A stretch of DNA of 64,000 nt from Smithella sp. PtaU1.Bin162. Lineage in GTDB: Bacteria; Desulfobacterota; Syntrophia; Syntrophales; Smithellaceae. Below the pieces are notes generated by a model. It did not search any database, was not told the DNA's origin, and saw only the letters and a list, made by a program, of their open reading frames with translations. Each line of letters begins with the position of its first letter. The first letter of the stretch is position 1. Of this stretch, positions 57,344 through 64,000 are shown one piece after another. The stretch covers positions 13,877-77,876 of the forward strand of contig MVRV01000184.1 in NCBI GenBank assembly GCA_002068015.1, given 5' to 3'. The position numbers and the translations under genes are program-made.

Positions 57344-59104
57344 TTACTTAATTGCGCCGAATTTACATAGTTGCAGGCATAGACCACAACCGTTGCAGAG
57401 ATTTTCGTCAATAAACGATACCCCTTCCCGTTTCGAACCTTCTTTTTTCTCCATTTTTTTCCAGGAAATCGGAGGGCAACCTAATCCCAAACATACCTTA
57501 CATCCGGTACATTTTTCCGGATCAACCTGTAAGGGCTTTTGCGGTTTCGTCTTTGCCCTCTTAAACAGAACACACGGTCTTTGCGAAATTACGACTGACG
57601 GACCATCTTTAGTAAGTTCTTCTTTTATAACCGTTCTGGTTGTCTTGAGATCATAGGGATCAACAACTCTTATATTTTTGATTCCCAGGGCTGCCACCAA
57701 AACCTTCAGATCAAGTTTTATTGTTTCTTCTCCTAATAGAGTATAGCCGGTGGCCGGATGTTCCTGCATACCGGTCATTGCTGTTGTGCTGTTGTCACAT
57801 ATTATAATTACGGCGTTGCTTTTATTATAAGCCATGTTCAGAAGAGGCGTAATGCCGGAATGGATAAACGTCGAATCACCAATAACACCGACAATCTTGC
57901 CCTTCCCTTTTTCCTTGAGTGCCTTGCTCATGCCGTGAGCCATACCGATACTGGCTCCCATGCAGATAGTTGAATGCAAACCTTCCAGAGGTTTCAGGAA
58001 CGAAAGTGTATAACAACCGATATCTCCGGTTACAAAAACCTTAAGCTTTTTTAATGTATAAAATAAACCGCGATGAGGACAACCCGGGCAAAGATTGGGC
58101 GGCCGCGGTGGGACATTCTTTGTCGGCAGGTTGGCTGGTTTATTGAGTTTGTTTATCGCGTTTTGAATAATTCCGGGATCAAATTCGTTGGTGTAAGGAA
58201 ATATCTCTTTACCGGTTACTTTGATACCCATTGCCTTGATTTGCTCTTCCAGGAAAGGATCCAACTCCTCGACAACATAAATATTCTTAACTCTGGCGGC
58301 AAAATCGCGAATTAATTTTTCCGGCAGCGGATAAACCATCCCTAATTTAAGGTAAGAATAATCAGGAAAAACATCTTTGGCGTAATTATAAGGCATTCCG
58401 GCCGTGATAATTCCTATATCCGGATTGTTAATTTCCATTTTATTTTCACTAAAATTTTCGGCAAATGATTTCAGCAACTGCATACGTTTTTCAACTTCCA
58501 CACGCCTTATGCGGGCATTGGCTGGAACCATAACGTATTTAGCCGCATTATAAGTAATTGCAGTCTTATCCTTATAAGGCAAAGGATCTGCCGGGGAAAC
58601 GACAGACTTGGAATGAGATACCCTTGTTGTAGTACGCAAAAAAACGGGAGTATCGAATTTTTCACTGATTTCGAAGGCCAGTTTGATAAACTCTTTCGCT
58701 TCCTCAGCATCTGCCGGTTCCAGCATGGGAATTTTGGAAAATTTCGCGTAATTGCGGTTGTCCTGTTCATTTTGTGAACTGTGTAACGAGGGATCATCAG
58801 CGGTTATGATAACCAATGCTCCGTTGGTTCCCGTATAGCTGACGGTGAAAAGAGGATCGGCGGCAACATTAACACCGACATGTTTCATTACGGCCACCGC
58901 TTTTTCTCCGGCTAGGGCAGCACCGATGGCCACTTCCAAAGCAACTTTTTCATTGGGTGACCACTCTGCATATACTCCTTCATATTTCGAATATTCTTCC
59001 ATTATTTCGGTACTGGGAGTACCGGGGTATGCTGCAGCAAACCTTACCCCGGCTTCATATAATCCCCGGGCAATGGCTTCATTCCCTGACATTAATACCT
59101 TCAA
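57344..59104 (-). CDS. iorA: indolepyruvate:ferredoxin oxidoreductase subunit alpha
   Basis: Pyrimidine-binding and TPP-binding domains (GDIGCY, GDSTFIHSG) and a C-terminal 2x[4Fe-4S] motif (CTGCKVC...CP and CNGCGLCLQLC). Confidence 0.9.
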   Translation of the reverse strand: MKVLMSGNEAIARGLYEAGVRFAAAYPGTPSTEIMEEYSKYEGVYAEWSPNEKVALEVAIGAALAGEKAVAVMKHVGVNVAADPLFTVSYTGTNGALVIITADDPSLHSSQNEQDNRNYAKFSKIPMLEPADAEEAKEFIKLAFEISEKFDTPVFLRTTTRVSHSKSVVSPADPLPYKDKTAITYNAAKYVMVPANARIRRVEVEKRMQLLKSFAENFSENKMEINNPDIGIITAGMPYNYAKDVFPDYSYLKLGMVYPLPEKLIRDFAARVKNIYVVEELDPFLEEQIKAMGIKVTGKEIFPYTNEFDPGIIQNAINKLNKPANLPTKNVPPRPPNLCPGCPHRGLFYTLKKLKVFVTGDIGCYTLSFLKPLEGLHSTICMGASIGMAHGMSKALKEKGKGKIVGVIGDSTFIHSGITPLLNMAYNKSNAVIIICDNSTTAMTGMQEHPATGYTLLGEETIKLDLKVLVAALGIKNIRVVDPYDLKTTRTVIKEELTKDGPSVVISQRPCVLFKRAKTKPQKPLQVDPEKCTGCKVCLGLGCPPISWKKMEKKEGSKREGVSFIDENLCNGCGLCLQLCKFGAIK

Positions 59105-59139
59105 ATTTTAAGCCTCCGAATCAAATTTATATTAACGGC

Positions 59140-59820
59140 TTAGCTGAGAGAAGCAATCTTGATTTTTATTAAAAGAACCATGGAAGGGTCAGTGGTCTTT
59201 TGCAATGCGATTTGATAATTCTCTAAAGCTTTTTTACTGTCGTTAGTTTGTTCATATATCCGCGCAATATTACGGTAACCGATAGCTTCAAACCCAATAT
59301 TGTTACTCTTCTGTGCCTGTTCAAAATAGTCAAGCGCTGCCTTAAAATCCGCTTTTTTCTCATAACAGTAACCTAATGAAGTCAGTGCCAGAAATTTAAT
59401 TCCGGCATGATCCGATGTCTCAGAAGAAATATAACTTTTGTAAGAAGCAATGGCATTATCAAAATCAGATTGACTATAATAAATATTTCCGAGGTGATAC
59501 CAAGCCATTTTTGCGCTCCAACTGTAGGGATACTTATCGATTAATTCTTTAAAAACCGGAATGCTGTCTTTTATCGCTTCAGGCTTATCGATATTTTTTG
59601 TTATATTGTCCTGGGCTTTGGCATATAAAGTTACAGCAGAGGTTTGGTAATTGTTCCAGTATAAATAAATACCGCCCGCAATCAGAATTGCCAGAACTAC
59701 TGCCACAACAATTACATTGAAGCGTGTTTTGTTTTCCGCGATATAATCGGTAACTTTTTCAACACCCGTTTGAAATACGTCGGGTCCTTCCAGTTCTTTT
59801 TTTGATAATTTTGCTGCCAT
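59140..59820 (-). CDS. membrane-anchored TPR protein (YfgM-like)
   Basis: A single N-terminal TM helix (VIVVAVVLAILIAGGIYLYW) followed by TPR-like repeats. Confidence 0.6.
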   Translation of the reverse strand: MAAKLSKKELEGPDVFQTGVEKVTDYIAENKTRFNVIVVAVVLAILIAGGIYLYWNNYQTSAVTLYAKAQDNITKNIDKPEAIKDSIPVFKELIDKYPYSWSAKMAWYHLGNIYYSQSDFDNAIASYKSYISSETSDHAGIKFLALTSLGYCYEKKADFKAALDYFEQAQKSNNIGFEAIGYRNIARIYEQTNDSKKALENYQIALQKTTDPSMVLLIKIKIASLS

Positions 59821-59821
59821 G

Positions 59822-60244
59822 TTATTCCCCTTTTATATTATATTTATTTTTCAGATCGAGAATTATTTGCGGTATTCGGCGGATTTTCCCTTCTTTGTTG
59901 GTACAGGCATGTATGGTATAGCCTTCTGTCAGCAAATGTTTTTTATCTTCATCCCATATGCTGTATTTGAATTTTACTATCACCCGCGATATACATTCTA
60001 TCGTTGTTTCGATATTTATTAACTGATCGTATTTTGCCGGGAAAAGATAATGGCAATATGCTTCGGTTACCGGAAGATTAAAACCGTGTTTCTCCACATC
60101 CGTATAGAGCAGGCCCATTTGACGCATTATCTCATTGCGGCCCACTTCGAACCATTTGATGTAGTTAGTGTGATAAACTATACCCATGGCATCGGTATCG
60201 GCATAGATAACTCTTAATTTTGTAATATTTATATTATCCGGCAA
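59822..60244 (-). CDS. ybgC: acyl-CoA thioesterase (4HBT / YbgC-like)
   Basis: YADTDAMGIVYHTNY hot-dog motif, 140 aa. Confidence 0.8.
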   Translation of the reverse strand: MPDNINITKLRVIYADTDAMGIVYHTNYIKWFEVGRNEIMRQMGLLYTDVEKHGFNLPVTEAYCHYLFPAKYDQLINIETTIECISRVIVKFKYSIWDEDKKHLLTEGYTIHACTNKEGKIRRIPQIILDLKNKYNIKGE

Positions 60245-61460
60245 TAAATGTTTTCCAATCTCTAATAAATTTTCCCATTAACATGTAACCGGGAGAAATT
60301 AAAATACCGCTTTTTTTAGCCGCAATTTCGTTAAACAACAGTCCGGAAGCTTTGTTTTCTTCTTTTGATGAGGATAAAACAGCAAAGGGGCTGGGATCGG
60401 CGACATGAGTTTTTAAATCCAGAGGGGTCGGATGGTCACTCAGTACCATAATCCGGTATTCATTAAATGCACTGATATTATTTAAAATCGTTCCTACTAT
60501 TTTTTCATCAAAAGCTTCAATTGCCTGAATTTTGCCTTCCGCATTGCCTTCATGCCCCATTTCATCAGGCGCTTCCAGATGGATAAAAATAAAATCCATG
60601 AATTTCAGGGCATCCAAAGCTGCTTTGGCTTTACCTTCATAATCAGTATCAATATAACCTGTAGCACCACTTACACGGATTATTTTCAATCCGGCAAAAA
60701 CTCCGATTCCGTTTAGTAAATCAACCGCGGAAATCATTCCTCCCTGCAGGTTGTATTTTTGCGTAAAAGGCACAATTTGAGGTTTTACTCCCTGACCCCA
60801 CAACCAAATGAAATTAGCCGGTTTCTTGCCGTTATTACGCCGCTCGAGGTTAATCCGGTGATCTTTTAAAATATCTCCGGCCTGTTGCATGATGGAATTT
60901 ATTTCTTCGGCGAAATTGCCCCGGGGTAAATATTCAGTGATATCTTTCCCTGTAATATCATGTGGCGGAACAGTTTCCGGTGAAGCAGTTGCATTACGCC
61001 AGACAAACAAATGACGGTAACCGACACCGGAGAAAAATTGCAACCGGGCAGACCCAATCTTATTATTTATATCGAGAATTATTTCTTTAGCCTCTGCGGT
61101 GGAAATGTGTCCGGCTGTAAAATCATCCATAAAAGCATGCGGAGTATCTTTTTCGCCGATAGTAACCAGATTACAGCGATAAGCGATATCATTGGGACCT
61201 AGATTTATACCCATACTGGCGGCTTCCAGCGGACCACGGCCTGTATATGTTAAAAGGGGATCATATCCGAGAACGCTTAAATTGGCAACATCACTGCCGG
61301 GAGTAAAACCCGGAGGTATCGTATCCACGAGTCCTATTGTTCCCTCTGCAGCAAACTGATCAAGATAAGGCGTAAAAGCACACGCAAGCGGTGTTTTACC
61401 ACCCAGTTTCTCTGTGGGATAATCAGCCATTCCATCGCCGAGTAAGACAACGTATTTCAT
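60234..61460 (-). CDS. cofactor-independent phosphoglycerate mutase homologue (archaeal ApgM type; proposed homoserine kinase clade)
   Basis: Contains VVLLGDGMADYP, GSDVANLSVLGYDP and HLEAPDEMGHEG metalloenzyme motifs. It lies directly downstream of hom. Confidence 0.75.
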   Translation of the reverse strand: MKYVVLLGDGMADYPTEKLGGKTPLACAFTPYLDQFAAEGTIGLVDTIPPGFTPGSDVANLSVLGYDPLLTYTGRGPLEAASMGINLGPNDIAYRCNLVTIGEKDTPHAFMDDFTAGHISTAEAKEIILDINNKIGSARLQFFSGVGYRHLFVWRNATASPETVPPHDITGKDITEYLPRGNFAEEINSIMQQAGDILKDHRINLERRNNGKKPANFIWLWGQGVKPQIVPFTQKYNLQGGMISAVDLLNGIGVFAGLKIIRVSGATGYIDTDYEGKAKAALDALKFMDFIFIHLEAPDEMGHEGNAEGKIQAIEAFDEKIVGTILNNISAFNEYRIMVLSDHPTPLDLKTHVADPSPFAVLSSSKEENKASGLLFNEIAAKKSGILISPGYMLMGKFIRDWKTFIAG

Positions 61461-61532
61461 TAAATGTTTTCCTTATTAAATGCTCATCAATTCCCGGGTA
61501 TAAAACCTTATTTCATGTTTCCCGTCTACACA

Positions 61533-62843
61533 TTAAACCATTTCATCTTCTATTCTTATGAGTATCGTCTTATCGAGCAATATATCCAGCTTATCTATCT
61601 TTTTCAGAGCTTTCCGTATATTTTTTTCTTTGGCCTTGTAAGTTGTCATAACCACGGGAACAGCACCATCTTCTTTCCTTGCCTTTTGAATAACCGTGGC
61701 AATACTGATATTATTTTCACCCAGAATACCGGATATTTTGGAAAGAACTCCAGGACGGTCTACGGCAGAAAAACGAAAATAATATTTTGTTTCGATATTA
61801 TCCATCGGCATAAGATTAATATCACCCATGGTCTTTTCCTTTTGCGTTCGAAGCGGAATACATCCGGTAACACCTTCCAGGATATTACGGGATATATCAA
61901 TAATATCACTGACTACGGCACTGGCTGTGGGCATCATGCCGGCACCCTGCCCGTACAGGAAAACCGGTCCGGAAGCATCGCCAATAAGATGGAAGGCGTT
62001 GTAGTTTCGATTGACGTTGGCAAGCAGGTGACCGGAATTGATCATTGTCGGATGAATTCTGGCTTCCACCATACCATTGTGCAAAATTGCTATCGCGAGA
62101 AGTTTGATCCGATAATCCAATTCTCTGGCGAAAATTACATCCTGCTGGCTGATTTCCGAGATGCCTTCACGATAAATATCATCAAGCTTAACTTTGCAGC
62201 CGTAAGCTAGTGACAGAGTTATTGCCAGCTTGTGTGCCGTATCCACACCCTCAATGTCATAAGTCGGATCGGCTTCCGCATAACCCAGTTTTTGTGCTTC
62301 TTTCAAGACAACGGCAAAATCTTTCCCTTCATCGGTCATTTTTGTTAAGATGAAATTGGCGGTGCCGTTCATGATTCCATAAATTGATTTGATGTTGTTG
62401 GCAATGAGTGATTCCTTCAATGTTCTGATTATGGGAATCGTTCCACCCACGGACGCTTCAAATCCTATATCGATCTTCTTTTTTTCAGCAATACTGAATA
62501 TTTCATTACCATGCACGGCCAGTAAGGCCTTGTTAGCAGTAACAACTTGTTTGCCCTGAGCAATGGCTTCCAAAATGAAAGTTCTTGCCGGTTCATACCC
62601 CCCCATTAACTCAATAACTATATCGATATTTCCATCCCTGATAATTTCACGGGCATCCGTAGTCAAAATATTTTTATTCACACGTACCGGCCTGGAAGTT
62701 GTAATATCAATATCAGCGATTTTTCTCAGTATCAATCTGGCGCCAAGTTTTTTTTCAATCAGTTTCTCGTTATTCTGCAGCAACTTGATAACACCGCAAC
62801 CGATAGTTCCAAAACCGATTAACCCTATGTTGATATTTTTCAT
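61533..62843 (-). CDS. hom: homoserine dehydrogenase
   Basis: N-terminal GFGTIGCGV NAD-binding motif, catalytic domain and a C-terminal ACT domain. Length is 436 aa. Confidence 0.9.
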   Translation of the reverse strand: MKNINIGLIGFGTIGCGVIKLLQNNEKLIEKKLGARLILRKIADIDITTSRPVRVNKNILTTDAREIIRDGNIDIVIELMGGYEPARTFILEAIAQGKQVVTANKALLAVHGNEIFSIAEKKKIDIGFEASVGGTIPIIRTLKESLIANNIKSIYGIMNGTANFILTKMTDEGKDFAVVLKEAQKLGYAEADPTYDIEGVDTAHKLAITLSLAYGCKVKLDDIYREGISEISQQDVIFARELDYRIKLLAIAILHNGMVEARIHPTMINSGHLLANVNRNYNAFHLIGDASGPVFLYGQGAGMMPTASAVVSDIIDISRNILEGVTGCIPLRTQKEKTMGDINLMPMDNIETKYYFRFSAVDRPGVLSKISGILGENNISIATVIQKARKEDGAVPVVMTTYKAKEKNIRKALKKIDKLDILLDKTILIRIEDEMV

Positions 62844-62914
62844 AATTTACACCTTAATTAATTCATATTTTTCCTTGTTCTAGCCCGTTGGTTAATGGAC
62901 TTGGAACTTTATTT

Positions 62915-62942
62915 TTTATAACAATTACCCCGTCTTTGTCAA
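62915..62942 (-). promoter_or_regulatory. sigma70-like promoter for hom
   Basis: Minus strand reads TTGACA, 16 nt, TATAAA, about 70 nt upstream of the hom ATG. Confidence 0.5.
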
Positions 62943-63077
62943 ATATATATAAATTATAAATTTAAAGCCGGCTATATATTGCCGTGCATTGGTGCGGAAA
63001 TTCCCAGTTCACGGGAGGGCAGACAAATATATAATGTAAAGATATTCATAAAAATATGTAAGAATATGATAATTAGG

Positions 63078-64000
63078 TTACCCTGTTCTTGCTAAATCCA
63101 ACTTACCCTGCCATTTCCAAAGCAGTGTTTCCTTTAATATCAAGTGATCCGGTTTTTCTAAAAAAGGATCTTGTGAGGCAAGCTGAAAAGCATCCTCTTT
63201 AGCATCATTTAAAATTCCGGCGTCGCGAATAATACTGGCTATACGAAAATCTGGCAAACCTGATTGTTTAGTCCCGCAAAAATCCCCGGGACCGCGAATT
63301 GCCAGGTCTTCTTCGGCAAGCATAAAACCGTCCGTAGTTTTTTCCATGATCTTCAATCTTTTACGGGCATCAGATGATATTTTATAATCGACAAGAAGAA
63401 TACAGCGAGACGGAATATCGCGTCTGCCGACGCGACCACGAAGCTGATGCAGCTGAGAGAGACCAAATCGTTCGGCATGTTCAATAACCATCAGCGATGC
63501 CTGCGGCACATCAATACCCACTTCGATAACGGTTGTGGAAACGAGAATGTTGATTTTATTTTCCAGAAATTCCCCCATCACCACATCCTTTTCCTTATCT
63601 TTCATTTTGCCGTGAATCAGTCCGACTTTATAATTACTAAAGATGTCTTTTTGCAGATGTGACGCCATATTGGTGGCATCTTTCAAATCAAGATTTTCCG
63701 ATTGCTCGACCAGAGGATATACGATAAACGCCTGATGTCCCTTTTCCAGTTCTTCGGCAATCGCCTGGTAAACATTATTTCTCTTGTTCTCACCCATTAA
63801 AACTGTCCGCACCGGTTTTTTCCCCGGAGGCATTTCGTCAATTACCGATAAATCCAGATCACCGTAAACAGTCATTGCCAGCGTACGCGGAATGGGAGTA
63901 GCGGTCATTACCAGCACATCGGCATTAATTCCCTTATTTCTCAGGATAGATCGCTGGATTACGCCGAAGCGGTGCTGCTCATCGGTAATAACCAGCCCCA
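63078..64000 (-). CDS. recG: ATP-dependent DNA helicase RecG (C-terminal part; the ORF runs off the window)
   Basis: Contains TATPIPRTL, QLHQLRGRVGR (helicase motif VI) and the C-terminal RecG wedge-distal region. The reading frame stays open to position 64000. Confidence 0.9.
   Translation of the reverse strand, partial: GLVITDEQHRFGVIQRSILRNKGINADVLVMTATPIPRTLAMTVYGDLDLSVIDEMPPGKKPVRTVLMGENKRNNVYQAIAEELEKGHQAFIVYPLVEQSENLDLKDATNMASHLQKDIFSNYKVGLIHGKMKDKEKDVVMGEFLENKINILVSTTVIEVGIDVPQASLMVIEHAERFGLSQLHQLRGRVGRRDIPSRCILLVDYKISSDARKRLKIMEKTTDGFMLAEEDLAIRGPGDFCGTKQSGLPDFRIASIIRDAGILNDAKEDAFQLASQDPFLEKPDHLILKETLLWKWQGKLDLARTG

Noticed and set aside
61464-62210. A 248-aa plus-strand ORF.
   Set aside because: It lies entirely antisense to the well-supported hom gene. 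Its composition is implausible (rich in Phe, Ile, Asn and His, with no motifs) and there is no SD. It is a shadow ORF.

Overview
The window is a visibly AT-rich, densely packed chromosomal segment, and almost all of it is core housekeeping. Gene content suggests an anaerobe, possibly a Desulfobacterota-like organism: indolepyruvate:ferredoxin oxidoreductase, two radical SAM proteins, a UPF0280/COG2122 protein and an archaeal-type phosphoglycerate-mutase homologue. This is inference and was not verified.

Recognisable blocks:
- pepA-oppDF, cspA, and miaA plus a GT-A protein.
- A parvulin lipoprotein and a DUF2520-panB pantothenate operon.
- gph-tilS-ftsH-folP-acpS-tsaE-lysC-comEA.
- tRNA-Pro and trkAH.
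- tRNA-Leu-tig-clpP-clpX-lon-tRNA-Val-tRNA-Asp.
- A radical SAM gene followed by corC-lnt-prfB, where prfB carries the classic +1 frameshift.
- An mltD-like gene.
- A long minus-strand run: pilT-like, B12 radical SAM, miniprotein, M16, M16, M20, phoH, 7TM-HD, ybeY.
- dtd-DUF1285-guaB-dnaE.
- UPF0280 plus a small ORF.
- cbpA, iorAB, a TPR protein, ybgC, an apgM-like gene, hom, and a partial recG.

I found no transposase, integrase, CRISPR array, toxin-antitoxin pair or recognisable defence gene. I cannot point to a clearly novel system.

The observations most worth a second look:
1. A strong terminator hairpin that abuts the start codon of the pantothenate operon, inside a 310-nt structured divergent spacer.
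2. The radical SAM / 2-TM miniprotein / M16 pair / M20 operon, with an orphan PilT-like ATPase upstream.
3. A GT-A protein translationally coupled to miaA.
4. A radical SAM protein with a CX4CX2C cluster motif.
5. Three promoters that share a conserved spacer.

All functional calls rest on motif recognition by eye. No searches were run.
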